The notes under the pieces: model-generated
The model's input: only the letters and a program-made list of their open reading frames with translations
Database searches by the model: none
Told to the model about the DNA's origin: nothing
Origin: Chiloscyllium plagiosum
Taxonomy: Eukaryota
DNA: 32,133 nt
Direction of reading: 5' to 3'
Assembly (NCBI RefSeq): GCF_004010195.1
Contig: NW_025213339.1
Location: 1-32,133 of the forward strand
In this document: positions 1-11,379 of the stretch, one piece after another
How positions within the stretch are numbered: the first letter of the stretch is position 1
How the letters are laid out: each line of letters begins with the position of its first letter
Made by a program: the position numbers and the translations under genes

Positions 1-720
1 AGAAAATAAAAAACCTCTATGAATATTTGAAAGGGGAAAATAAAAGCAAGGTGAAATGTAGAATAGTGAATGTGCCGCCAGAATAATTTGTTGGAGAGAA
101 CAGAAAAAAGATAGGAAACTGAACAGTTACTTTATGTCTGTCTTCATGGAGGAAGATCCAAAAAGTCTCCCAGATATACCAAGTGACCACGGACTTGTAT
201 AACTAAAAACTAAAATCATTCATTTCGACGATGAGCTACTATTTAAGGATTGAGCATTGATCCGTCTGTCGGATCAGATTACGTCATACCTAAATTTCAG
301 AGAAAGCAGCAATAAGCAGTTCATTGCATTGGAAATCACTGTGATTTTCCATATTCAATTTGGAAGTTTACAAATGCATTCCAATAATTTAAGAAGGGAA
401 GAAGAGGGAGAGTGGAGAGCTAGAGACCAGTTAACTTGTCGCTCACAGTAAGGAATCTGCTGGAATTTAAGGTAAAGAATGTGATTTCGGACACTTAGAA
501 AGTTACAGCAAACATGAAGAGAATGATTCTAAGTATCTGAAAAAGAAGTCAACATTTACAAACTTCTTGCATGAAGTTATCCCTTATAGATATAAACGAC
601 GGAGAACCAGTGGATGTGGTATAGTTGGATATTCAGAAGGATTTTAGAGGATTCATACGGCACGTTAGCCGAAAGTAAAACCAACGGGTAATGGGAGGAA
701 CATATGCAAATGAGAGAAAG
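1..720 (+). mobile_element. Decayed CR1-clade LINE ORF2 fragment (pre-RT and RT N-terminal part)
   Basis: Manual translation gives LNSYFMSVFMEED (~120-158) and GEPVDVV*LDIQKDF (~601-645). These are collinear with LNGYFRSVFTWED and GNTVDVVYLDFQKTF in the intact CR1 ORF at 28192..29283. Stops and frameshifts are present. Boundaries are approximate. Confidence 0.8.
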
Positions 721-744
721 TAAAGGTGAGGTTTCCCTGCGTTA

Positions 745-862
745 AAGGGAATCACTATAGACGAATCAGAGCTCCATGTTCTCACTCCACGTTTGCTCTC
801 TGACTCACTGTGATCTCCAGCATGTGTTGGTTTCAGTACTGATTCTGGAGTAATTTGCTCTG
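745..862 (+). mobile_element. Highly decayed Penelope-like element terminal fragment
   Basis: ctcactccac...tgatctccagcatgtgttggtttcagtactgattc...taatttgctc resembles the reverse complement of the gctggaaaagctcagcagg...tgtggagag termini at 7041-7310, 25030-25178 and 26740-26862. Confidence 0.45.
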
Positions 863-879
863 ACTAAAAGCAAAGACGT

Positions 880-1110
880 TCTGCACCAGTCACACAGAGT
901 TTTGGTGAGTCTGTATCTGGAGTATTGTGTACAGTTTTGATGTCCTGATCGAAGTAAAACATACTGAATGGACATTCGTCAGATTAATCCCTCAGATGAC
1001 AAGATTGTCTGCTGAGGAAACTCAGCCTGTGTTCTCTAAAGGTCCAGAGAGTAAAGGCGATCTCAGTGAAGCTTAAACATATTGAAACAGAGGGGATTGA
1101 AGAAAATAGG
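880..1110 (+). mobile_element. Decayed CR1 LINE ORF2 C-terminal fragment
   Basis: ttggtgagtctgtatctggagtattgtgtacagttttga translates LVSLYLEYCVQF*, a variant of the CR1 motif LVRPHLEYCVQFW. Confidence 0.7.
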
Positions 1111-1129
1111 GTCACTGTCAAGTGCGACC

Positions 1130-2830
1130 AAATTTAGCGAGAATTTCAAGATATTTCACAAGGACATCAAGCAGAACATAATAACAATAAGGATCCATTA
1201 GAAACCAGGGGGGCAATCTGTGTGTGAAGCTGGAGAACATTGATAAATTGTGATTTGAGAACTTCACATGTGTTTTACTTGGGAGAAGGAGGAGGCACAT
1301 ACAGAATATGAGAAAATGGACTGAGTAACTCTTGAGCAGATTGATATAAAATGTGAGCAGGAATTGATGGTTTTGGCTGGTATAAAATTAAACAAGTCCC
1401 CAGGTCTGGATGAGTTATATTACAGACTGCTGTTGGAGAGAAGAGAGGAATGGCCCTGACCCAAATGTTTCAGTAGATTCTGGTCAAAGGAGAGGTGCCA
1501 GAGGACTGGAGCGCACTCTTTACAGGAAGGCTGGTGGAGATAGACCAGGGAACTGTAGATCAGTGAGTATTAGATCAGTGTCAGGGAAACTATTGGAGAA
1601 AATAGGATAGGAGAAAACTGATCTTCATGTACAGCGGCAATATTTGACCAGGGATAGTCAGCATGAAGTCATCAGAGGCAAGCCATACCGAACGAATTTT
1701 ATTGACTTTTTCTCCAAAGAGGTTATTTATATGGTTTTTCAGCCAGGCCTTTAACAAAGCCCCATGGTCGAAACTGATAAAGAAAGTACAATCTCATGTT
1801 ATCAAGGGTAACTAGGTAACTGGCATTCAAATTGTCTTAGTGGCAGGAGACAGAGGGTGGTGGCAGAAAGGTATTTGTGTGACTGGAGACAAGTGTTCCC
1901 TGATGCACCACAAGAATCACTGCTGTGTCCCATATTATTTGTGGTATTTATATATGACGTAGATATAAATGGGGTGGGGTGAGTATGATAAGTAAGTTTG
2001 TGTTTGATTCAAAGATTGTCCGGGTTTTTGGCAATAAGGAGGAAGGCCTGATGTTTCAGGAAGATACGGATAAAATGGTCAGATGATCAGATCAATGGCA
2101 GATGAAATGCTACCCTGATAAATATGAGGTGATGCACTTTGGACGAAGGAACCAGACAGGGGAGTACTCAATGAATGGCAGCACACTAGGAAGCTCAGGA
2201 AGTGCTTCTCCACACATCCCTGAATGTCACGAGGCAGGGTAATAGGTCAGTTAAGAAGGCACTGGAGATAGTAAGCATAGTGTTTACTCGTCGAAATATA
2301 GATTATTAAAGTGAATACAAGACTTTGGTGAGGCCAAGATGGAATAATGCATGCAATTCTGGGAGCCACATTACAGGAAGGACGTGATAGTTCTGGAGGG
2401 AGTGCAAAGAGATTCACCGGGATGTTCCTTGGGATGGAGCATATCTGCAATGGAGAGAGGCTGTTTTATCTCGGGTTGTTTACTTTGGAGCAGAGAGGCT
2501 GAGTGGGATGTGATTTAGAAGGATAAGATTATGAGGAGCATGGACAGGGTGGATAGACAACAGCTTTTCCTTTAGTCAGAGGGCGAAGAACAAGGAAGCA
2601 CACCTTTAAAATGAAGGGTTTGAGGTTGATAGAGGAGTTGAGGATTGCTTTTCACCCAGATGGTGTTGGGGTTAGGAGTAAACATCCTGAGAGGGTAGTT
2701 GTGACGAGTAACGTCACAACCATTAAAAAGTAGTTAGGCCAGCACTTGAAGTATCATAGCATTTATGGCTTCGGAATTCATGTCAGAAAGTGTAACAAAT
2801 GTAAATCGTGCTGCTTTTATGATCGTATAG
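1130..2830 (+). mobile_element. Decayed CR1 LINE, RT domain through 3' end
   Basis: Motifs in order: NKSPGLDE (~1391), PGNCRSVSIRSVSGKLLEKI (ORF 1410..1610), ISKFVFDSKI (degenerate ISKFADDTK, ~1988) and WQMKCYPDKYEVMHFG (~2096), followed by CR1-like 3' sequence. Many disruptions. Confidence 0.85.
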
Positions 2831-2869
2831 AGTCGATGCTTCTGTGGTTGCGTGATTTTGGACGCTGAA

Positions 2870-3215
2870 TGCAGTTAGGAAGATAGATAGTGTGTTGACC
2901 TTCATTTCAAGGGGATTTGAGTCCACGAGTAAGGGTCACTTATTGCAGCTGTACAGGGCCTTAATGAGACCCCATCTCGAACATCGTGCAATATTGTGTG
3001 CAGTTTTGGTCTCCTTACCTCATAAAGGACAAACCTGACATTGAGAAAGTGCAGCGAAGGATGACCAGGCTGATCTCTGAGTTGACAGGCTTGTGTTGGA
3101 GCAGAGTTGTTTGACTGGGCCTGTACCCCACGGGGTTTAGGAAAATGGGTGGAGATCTCAGTGAAATATATAAAACTCTGAGAAAGTGAGACAGATTGGA
3201 AGCATGGATGATAAT
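2870..3215 (+). mobile_element. Decayed CR1 LINE ORF2 C-terminal fragment, cut by gap
   Basis: Translates LLQLYRALMRPHLE...YCVQFWSPYL...IEKVQRRMTRLI, the CR1 ORF2 C-terminal signature. Confidence 0.85.
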
Positions 3216-3650
3216 NNNNNNNNNNNNNNNNNNNNNNNNNNNNNNNNNNNNNNNNNNNNNNNNNNNNNNNNNNNNNNNNNNNNNNNNNNNNNNNNNNNNN
3301 NNNNNNNNNNNNNNNNNNNNNNNNNNNNNNNNNNNNNNNNNNNNNNNNNNNNNNNNNNNNNNNNNNNNNNNNNNNNNNNNNNNNNNNNNNNNNNNNNNNN
3401 NNNNNNNNNNNNNNNNNNNNNNNNNNNNNNNNNNNNNNNNNNNNNNNNNNNNNNNNNNNNNNNNNNNNNNNNNNNNNNNNNNNNNNNNNNNNNNNNNNNN
3501 NNNNNNNNNNNNNNNNNNNNNNNNNNNNNNNNNNNNNNNNNNNNNNNNNNNNNNNNNNNNNNNNNNNNNNNNNNNNNNNNNNNNNNNNNNNNNNNNNNNN
3601 NNNNNNNNNNNNNNNNNNNNNNNNNNNNNNNNNNNNNNNNNNNNNNNNNN
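3216..3650. other. Assembly gap (N run)
   Basis: Run of n. Confidence 1.
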
Positions 3651-4519
3651 CGAAGCCCCAATAATATCAGGAAAAATCAAAACAAAAATAGGTCAGCCTA
3701 ACACAAACAATAGCACAGTGTACGTAAATCTTCAAATGATGTATTTTAATGTAATAGTGCAGTAAATGTAACACTTTCACACAACAACTGACTACAGCCC
3801 TGACCTTTCACCAAACTCTTCACCAGAAAGTGCGCTAGCTGACTGACCACATGATGCCAACGCGGAATTCCAGTTCACATCAAGATTCTCCTCCAGCTTA
3901 AAATAAAATTCCTTCTCAATGGTGACTGCAATTCCCAGTTTAAGGCTCGGGTTCAAGGTCTGCAAAGGGGATTACATTCCTGTTTTAGCTGAACGCACTG
4001 AGGATGCATTTTACAGTCAGAACATCCTGAGGCTGGGATTTGCTGTTCAGCTGGTGCCTGGGAAGGAATCGTGTCCCAGTGATCGTGAGCTCAATTTATC
4101 AGGAAAGTTGACAATTCACGAATCGTGTTCAATGAAGTCATGGTTAATAAACACGCGTTATCGGAGAACTGCCTTATCTTGAATGGAGGAGCAAAATTGA
4201 TGGACCAAAGGATTACAGCAGTTTTTTTTTAAATTAAATGTCCCTATGTTTAAACATCCTAAGGGATATGAACACTGTATATGGAAAACTGCATTGAGGA
4301 GATTTTCTCCATTAACTAGAATGGGAAAAGCTTAATGTGTTGAATGACCTACTCCTTTCCGGATGTTTCTGTGCAGTCTGTGGGAAAGCTTTGTAGATTC
4401 TGTCGCAAGCTCTCAGATGTTACGAAGGAGGCCTCTGCAGGGTCAGCAGGACTATGTTTTCTATTCCCTTTTCCTCTACCGAGGGCTGGTGTTCTGTCAG
4501 GTTTTATCCATTAAGACCT

Positions 4520-4830
4520 TGGAGCAGGTTGATACAATTGGGTGTCTTGCTTGGCCGATTCAGAGAGGATTGAAGAGTTTATCACATGTCTGCGCGTCTG
4601 AAGTCACTTTTAGGCCAGACCAGGAAAGCACAGGAGATTCACTTCCTGAAAATACATTGGGGAAGGCAATTGGTGTTTACAATCGACATTGGCTTCAGGG
4701 TCACTGTTACTGACACTAGATTTTAGACACCGATGTTTTATTAAGTGTTTTTAACTTCCACCAGCTGCCAGATCTTTAGCCTGGTCTGGATTAGTAATCC
4801 AATGACATTTCCACAGCAGCAGCATCTCCA
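4520..4830 (-). mobile_element. tRNA-derived SINE, same family as the split SINE at 24683-25295
   Basis: gtcacttttaggccagaccaggaaagc...acaatcgacattggcttcagggtc...ttccaccagctgcca is the diverged reverse complement of tggcagatggtggaa...accatgaaaccattgtcaattg at 24759-24810 and of the 25180-25260 tail. Confidence 0.6.
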
Positions 4831-6434
4831 CATGGGGACCTGTCTGAAACCACACTAAGCAATTTATTTCTGTGCTGCTTGATAGCTCTGTCAAAAAGAA
4901 CTCCCACCAATTTCACTATAGCGACGGGACTGAGCGCATGGTAAATGGTCAGATTGTAATTATTCCTCTCTTAGGGGATGGAACATTGCTGAGTAATTTT
5001 CCATATTACCAGGGAGATGTCAGAGTTGGAGCTGGAATGAAACAGCTTCCCCAGGGACACGGCTTGTTGTGCAACAAAAGTCTGCAGGAATGGTGTCAGG
5101 GCTCAATGCCTTGGCCATGTCTGTTGTGTTCAGCTGTTTCTTCATGTCACTTGCAATCAATCGAATTGGGTGAAGACGGGCATCTGTGATTCCGTGGGCA
5201 CCATAAAGAGGGTGAGGTGGATCATCGAATCAACATTTCTGGTTGAGGATGGTGCAGATACTACATCATTATCTTTTGCACTGGTGTACAGTGCTTTTCC
5301 ATTATTTAGGATTGGGATATTTGTGGAGTAATCTCCTCCAGTGAGTTGTTTAATAGTACATTGACCTTTATAATTGGATGTGGCAGGACGGCAGAACTTC
5401 TATCTCAATCTGTTGATCTTGGATAATTTCAACCTCTCTATCAGGTGTTAGTTCTGCTCTTTGGAATGCAAGCACTCCAGTGCGGTAGATTTAATGGGTT
5501 GTCATCAGGTTTAGGTACACATGGTTCTGACTCTGGCATGTTAACCCAGACTTGTCACTGATGGCTTCAGGGTCACTGTTACTGACACCAGATTTTAGAC
5601 ACCGATGTTTTATTAATTGTTTTTAACTTCCACCAGCTGCCAGATCTTTAGCCTGGTCAGGATTAGTAATCCAATGACATTTCCACAGCAGCACCATCTC
5701 CACATGGGGTCCTATCAGAAACAACACTAAGCAATTTATTTCTGTGCTGCTTGATAGCTCTGTCAAAAAGAACTCCCACCAATTTCACGATAGCGACCGG
5801 ACTGAGCGCATGGTAAATGGTCAGATTGTAATTATTCCTCTCTTAGGGGATGGAACATTGCTGAGTAATTTTCCATATTACCAGGGAGATGTCAGAGTTG
5901 GAGCTGGAATGAAACAGCTTCCCCAGGGACACGGCTTGTTGTGCAACAAAAGTCTACAGGAATGGTGTCAGGGCTCAATGCCTTGGCCATGTCTATTGTG
6001 TTCAGCTGTTTCTTCATGTCACTTGCAATCAATCGAATTGGGTGAAGACGGGCATCTGTGATTCCGTGGGCACCATAAAGAGGGTGAGGTGGATCATCGA
6101 ATCAACATTTCTGGTTGAGGATGGTGCAGATACTACATCATTATCTTTTGCACTGGTGTACAGTGCTTTTCCATTATTTAGGATTGGGATATTTGTGGAG
6201 TAATCTCCTCCAGTGAGTTGTTTAATAGTACATTGACCTTTATAATTGGATGTGGCAGGACGGCAGAACTTCTATCTCAATCTGTTGATCTTGGGATAAT
6301 TTCAACCTCTCTATCAGGTGTTAGTTCTGCTCTTTGGAATGCAAGCACTCCAATGCGGTAGCTTTAATGGGTTGTCATCAGGTTTAGGTACACATGGTTC
6401 TGACTCTGGCATGTTAACCCAGACTTGTCACTGA
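4690..6434. repeat. Direct tandem duplication of ~872 bp (copy 1 4690-5561, copy 2 5562-6434)
   Basis: tggcttcagggtcactgttactgacac starts at 4690 and at 5562. Twin ORFs lie at 4872 and 5744 (offset 872). I count about 15 differences by eye, including one 1-bp indel. Confidence 0.97.
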
Positions 6435-6580
6435 ACCATAGATAGGCTTGATGGTAATGATAGGCTGAGGGATTATCCCAGTGATAAAGGTAAAGATGGT
6501 GATTGAACACAATTCTGCTTCTGCTACTGGTGCTTTGATCCACATCATCACATGAATGCCCAGTTTGAGCTGATATATCT
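4960..6580 (-). mobile_element. Old LINE ORF2 fragment (CR1/L2 group), present twice because of the duplication
   Basis: The reverse complement of ~5025-5105 (gagccctgacaccattcctgcagac...gaagctgtttcattccagctc) matches the GPD.IP...L..LFQ.S motif that precedes LINE RT domains. It is frameshifted, and the clade is uncertain. Confidence 0.55.
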
Positions 6581-6609
6581 GCATTTCAATTCTACTGACT
6601 GATTCCTAA

Positions 6610-6740
6610 TTCACTTCAAGGCCCATTCACCAATCAGCCCTGTACTCAGTGACCTAACCTGGTTTCTGAAGCCGCAATACTTCTATTTCCATATTCACAA
6701 TCTGTTAGGTCTCTCTGTGGTGTCTCGCCTCCAATTTGTT
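6610..6740 (+). mobile_element. L2-type LINE 3' fragment (or L2-derived SINE tail)
   Basis: tcaccaatcagccctgtactcagtgacctaacctggttt translates SPISPVLSDLTWF, resembling the L2 C-terminal motif HITPVLxxLHWL. Confidence 0.55.
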
Positions 6741-6742
6741 AC

Positions 6743-6814
6743 ATTACTCAAACTCTTTAACATATTCATCTGCATCTTATTACTCAAACTCTTTAACATA
6801 TTCATCTGCATCTT
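6743..6814. repeat. Perfect 36-bp tandem duplication (2 copies)
   Basis: attactcaaactctttaacatattcatctgcatctt at 6743-6778 and 6779-6814. Confidence 0.95.
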
Positions 6815-7040
6815 TCCCATTCCCGAAATGTCATCATCTTTGTTTTATGTGAATGTGTTTCCCTCTGTTTCTCTCCCTGACCATAATTAAGAGCTCTGTA
6901 GCGTCAGTGACGACAGCCTTTTGTAGTTCCAGAACCAATGAATGGGTCCACCTCGTGTTATCATTCACTTTCTGGTATATGTCTCTCCGTGTTGGACAGG
7001 GCGTTTGAGCAGCTTTGACACACGTCCGTGGAACTTGTTC

Positions 7041-7469
7041 AAAAACAGAAATTGCTGAAGAAACTAAGCAGCACCGTGTGGAGTGAAAGCAGAGTTAATC
7101 TTTCAGGTCCGGTGACCCTTCTACAAAGCTCCCAGTTTCTCCAGAAATATTTGTGTTTTTACTTACAGTATCCATAATTATTTGTTTAATGAAAATTTGT
7201 TCTGTGCCTATTCATTTCTGTTGAAACTCAGCAGGTGTGGCAGCATCTGCAGAGACATAGAAACAGAGTTAGCGTTTCAAGTCAAGTGTGACACTTCTTC
7301 AGAACTGAAAAGGATTGGAAAATTGGCGTTTTAATTCCATGCCAGAGGTGGGGGATGGGTGATGGCGAAAAGAGAGCGTGGCAAAAGATAAATGGGCTTT
7401 TACGAGAAGATGATGCAAAACGGATTTAAATTATTATGTGAATGGGGAAACGGATTCTCTCGATTGAGT
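7041..7469 (-). mobile_element. Penelope-like element termini: two tandem pseudo-LTR copies plus a short inverted piece
   Basis: Two related units at 7041-7130 and 7215-7310. 7134-7160 (agtttctccagaaatatttgtgttttt) is an imperfect inverted copy of 7041-7065. Each unit carries hammerhead-like sequence on the minus strand. Confidence 0.7.
7267..7306 (-). ncRNA. Degenerate minimal type I hammerhead ribozyme motif (Penelope-type)
   Basis: The minus strand reads AGUU-CUGAAGA-A-GUGUCA-CACU-UGACUU-GAAA-CGCU-AACU: stem I AGUU/AACU, both core boxes and an imperfect stem II. The ACGU palindrome is changed to ACGC, so it is probably inactive. Confidence 0.6.
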
Positions 7470-8121
7470 NNNNNNNNNNNNNNNNNNNNNNNNNNNNNNN
7501 NNNNNNNNNNNNNNNNNNNNNNNNNNNNNNNNNNNNNNNNNNNNNNNNNNNNNNNNNNNNNNNNNNNNNNNNNNNNNNNNNNNNNNNNNNNNNNNNNNNN
7601 NNNNNNNNNNNNNNNNNNNNNNNNNNNNNNNNNNNNNNNNNNNNNNNNNNNNNNNNNNNNNNNNNNNNNNNNNNNNNNNNNNNNNNNNNNNNNNNNNNNN
7701 NNNNNNNNNNNNNNNNNNNNNNNNNNNNNNNNNNNNNNNNNNNNNNNNNNNNNNNNNNNNNNNNNNNNNNNNNNNNNNNNNNNNNNNNNNNNNNNNNNNN
7801 NNNNNNNNNNNNNNNNNNNNNNNNNNNNNNNNNNNNNNNNNNNNNNNNNNNNNNNNNNNNNNNNNNNNNNNNNNNNNNNNNNNNNNNNNNNNNNNNNNNN
7901 NNNNNNNNNNNNNNNNNNNNNNNNNNNNNNNNNNNNNNNNNNNNNNNNNNNNNNNNNNNNNNNNNNNNNNNNNNNNNNNNNNNNNNNNNNNNNNNNNNNN
8001 NNNNNNNNNNNNNNNNNNNNNNNNNNNNNNNNNNNNNNNNNNNNNNNNNNNNNNNNNNNNNNNNNNNNNNNNNNNNNNNNNNNNNNNNNNNNNNNNNNNN
8101 NNNNNNNNNNNNNNNNNNNNN
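7470..8121. other. Assembly gap (N run)
   Basis: Run of n. Confidence 1.
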
Positions 8122-8939
8122 AATGTTGTCAAAAGCTGTCAAGGATACTACTCAATCACAATTTGATGAGTGTTAGCGTAGGGTCAGATTTAGGATGTTT
8201 ATTTCAGGGACCAGGAGCAGATGCTGGGCATGACTTTCAGCTGTGCTTCCTGAATTCCCCCCAGAATTCCCTGCCATTGCTGCTCCATCCTCTTCCCTGC
8301 TCGTCTCCCCTTCTTGCTTTCAGGTTCTCCCCCTCCAATTACAGAGCATATTCTCTTACATTATGCTCCCTCCCCACTTCACCTGAAGCTCTTTGATCGA
8401 GTCTACCTTCCCTGCACTAGCATCAAGTTGCGTTTTGTGCTGCTATGTTGCCTCTGGTCCCAGTCTAGCTCCGCCTCTCCATTCTTTTTGTTTTACATCT
8501 CCCATTCACATCTCATTCCGGAATGTTTCCTTCTTGGTGAAAACTTTCTTGGAAACGTTATAGAAAGTACCTTTTCCCCTTTGCCCTAAATGCACACTTT
8601 GCTGCAAATTTCCAAAAGTGTACTGCGCCTTCATCTCACTCTGCTCAAGGCAACTGCACGCTGACCGTGTGGCATTGGAATTCCCTTTCTTGCACGGATC
8701 TGGCCAGAGATACGTTTTCACTGTAGAGATCACCAGCCCCTTTTGACAAAGGAATTCAGGTGTTTGTCTTCTTACTGGCACTAGTAAAGGTTGCATGCTG
8801 CCTTGGTGTTGAAATATGGAGACAAAAAAAATTACAGTATGAAGTTTGGGCTGAGTGTTCTTTACATGTGATTTTGAATACTTTTTCAACTTTGCAGTGC
8901 TTATCTTAAAATGTTTGTTCTTGAAGCTAGTGTCAGATG

Positions 8940-9320
8940 GAGTGTCGGAGTTTGAGGGGTGACATTATAGAAGCGTATTAAATCATGAGAGGAGTGGATA
9001 AGGGTAAATAACCACCGGATAGGAGAGTTAAAACATAGAGGACATCGCTTTAAGATGGAATGGAGGAAATTCAAAAGCGACGAAGGAGCAATGTTTTCAC
9101 ACAGAGGATGATGTACGTATGGAATGAGCTGCAGAGGAAGATTGACAGATGCAAGTGCAGCTACTACATTTCAAAGACATTAGGACAAACATATGAATGG
9201 CAAACCTTTATAGGCATATGGGGCAAATGCAAGCAGATGGGATTGGTTTCGTTTGTAAAACCTGACCAGTGTGGACAGGTTGGAGCAAAGGGTCTGTACA
9301 TACAGACTACATGATATAAC
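8940..9320 (+). mobile_element. CR1 LINE 3' end fragment
   Basis: ttgaggggtgacattatagaagcgtattaaatcatgagagga translates LRGDIIEAY*IMRG. ORF 9060..9314 contains SNVFTQRMMYVWNEL (CR1 consensus FFTQRVVxxWNxL). Confidence 0.85.
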
Positions 9321-9329
9321 TGCATGAAT

Positions 9330-9600
9330 TCAAAAAGTGAGGAAGAAGGAAGAAAAGATATGATGCAAACCAAATTGGCAGGAAATACAAAAACAAGCAT
9401 CACACACTTTTCCGTGTTTATAAAAAAAAAAGTTCAAGATGAGTGTGTGACCTTAGGTAGAAATGAAGTCAGGAATGTATATGGAGGACATTTGGAGGGT
9501 GTGACTGGGGAACTGGCTACAGGAAACAGGCAGATAATTTATACACGTGTTTTACGTCATTCCTCACAGGTGAAAGCACTGTAGGTATTTCAATGATATA
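9330..9600 (+). mobile_element. Decayed CR1 ORF2 internal fragment
   Basis: KLAGNTKTSITHFSVFIKKK (ORF 9324..9584) aligns with KLAKNIKEDSKSFFRYVQSKK of the intact CR1 ORF. Confidence 0.55.
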
Positions 9601-9959
9601 AACAAAATGGTAATAGGAGGGAAGTTCTTGAACCGTCTCTAACAAAAGGAACAACGTTTCTAACAAACAGATAAGGGAACGAGTAAGCAGGTCAGCAGCA
9701 ATTCTGAGTTGGTTTTAAAAGAAGTGGTCACTGTCTTGGGATCATTGCGCCCTCTCTATCAGATGTTAGTTCCGTTGTTTGATGATGTAAGCAGTAAGTG
9801 CAGTAACTTTAATGAGTTGTTATCAGATTTAAGTACATGTGGTTCTGACCCTGGCTTGTCACCCAGACTTGTCAATGAACCATCGATTGGCTTCGTGGTA
9901 ATGGGAGACTGAGGGATTATCCCGGGGGAAAAGTTACAGATTGTTGTTGAATATAATTC

Positions 9960-10146
9960 AAGGGGAATTTAGCATGGCCAGTTCACCTAACCTGCATATG
10001 TTTGAACTGTGACCATTCAGAGGAAGTCCACACAGATATGGATTGAATGTGCAAACTACACGCAGGCAGTCACCCGAGGCTGTAATCAAACCACTGCCCT
10101 GGTGCTATGAGGCAGTAGTGCTAACCACTGAGCCACCGCACCACCC
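9960..10146 (-). mobile_element. tRNA-derived V-SINE (HE1-like, elasmobranch), 5' part
   Basis: The minus strand reads gggtggtgcggTGGCTCAGTGGttagcactactgcctcatagcaccagggcagtGGTTTGATTACagcctcgggtgactgcctgcgtgtagtttgcacattc. This gives a Pol III A box, a degenerate B box and the V-domain start (gagtttgcacattc-like). Confidence 0.85.
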
Positions 10147-10164
10147 AGGACCACAACCATTTAT

Positions 10165-11370
10165 CCCACAAGACTTCAGGAGCAGACATTAGGCCATTCA
10201 GCCCATCAAGTCTGCTCCAACATTCGATCATGACTGATCGATTTTCAACCTAATTTCCCTGCTATCTCTCAGTAACCTTTGATCCCCTTGGCAATCAAGA
10301 ACTTATCTGTCTCTGTTTCAAATATACTAAAATGATCTGGTTTCCACAGCTTTCTGAAGTAAAGAAGTCCACAGTTTCACCACAGTCTGGTTAAAGAAGT
10401 TTCATCTTATCTCTGTTTGAAAGGATCTTCCCTTTGCTCTAAGCCTGTGCCCTCAGCTCCTTGTGGCTCCTGCCAGTGCAAACGTCCTCCCACTGTCCTA
10501 TGTGTCCAGGCTATTCAGTATTCTGTGAGTTTCAATCAGATCCCCCTCATCCTTCTAATCTCCATCCAGTATAAATACAGAGTCCTCAAACGTTCCTCAT
10601 GTGTTAAGCTTTTCTGGGATCATTCTCGTGAACTTCCTGTAGACACACAACAAGGCCAATGTATCCTTCCTGAGGAATTAGGCACAAAATACTGGAAGTT
10701 TGGTCTGACCAGAGCCTTAGAAAGCCTCCGAATCCCCACCTCTATATTCTAGTCCTCTCGGGATGAATGACAACTTCGTATTAGCCCTCTTATCTACTAA
10801 CTCAACCTGCAAGTTTATCTTCGGCGAATCCTGGACTTGGAATCCCAAATCCCATTGCACTTCAGATTTCTGAGTTTTCTTCCCATTTAGCAAATAGGCC
10901 ATGCCTGTATTCTTCACACCAAAGTGCATGACCTCACGCTCGCCCACATTATATTTCATCTACCACTCATTTTCCTACTCTCCTAACCCGTCGAAATCTT
11001 CCTGCAGGCTCCCTGCCTCCTCAATACTAAAAGCCCCTCCACCTATCTTTGCATCATCTGCAGAATGCCCTCTGTTCCCCCACCCAGATCATTAGCCTAT
11101 AAAGTGAAACGTTGTGGTCCCATCACTGATCCTTGTGGAAAAATACTAGTCACCCGCTGCCATCCTGAGAAGGACCATTTTAACCCACTCTCTGCTTTCT
11201 GCCAAACAGCCAACCTTCATCCATGTTAGTACCTGGCCCCTAACACAATGGGCCCTTATCTTACTCTGCAGACTCCTGTGCAGTACCTTATCAGAGGCCT
11301 TCTGGAAGTCCACATAGGTAACTCCCATTGGCTCTCCTTGATCTAACCTGCTTGTTTCCTTCTTCAAATA
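10165..11370 (-). mobile_element. Decayed CR1 LINE (RT through 3' end)
   Basis: Minus ORFs contain LDQGEPMGVTYVDFQKASDKVLHRSLQSKIRAHCVRGQVLTW and MKYNVGEREVMHFGVKN...VQWDLGFQVQDS. The 3' end is similar to 27815-28060. Confidence 0.9.
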
Positions 11371-11379
11371 ATTCTCATT

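Noticed and set aside
3740..4070. Possible minus-strand terminal exon (acceptor-like cag sites, short open frames, ATTAAA downstream)
   Set aside because: Several alternative acceptors and frames exist and none gives a recognisable peptide.
4872..6061. Twin 105-aa ORFs suggesting a duplicated small gene
   Set aside because: They start at GTG, lie largely antisense to a decayed LINE, and are similar only because of the 872-bp duplication.
3015..8396. ORFs spanning N runs (3015-3765, 7392-8396; likewise 28091-28585 and 30615-31252)
   Set aside because: Their length comes from untranslatable N or low-complexity sequence.
10090..10146. tRNA gene (A/B boxes); similarly ~24685-24755
   Set aside because: These are tRNA-derived SINE heads that continue into SINE body sequence, with no full cloverleaf.
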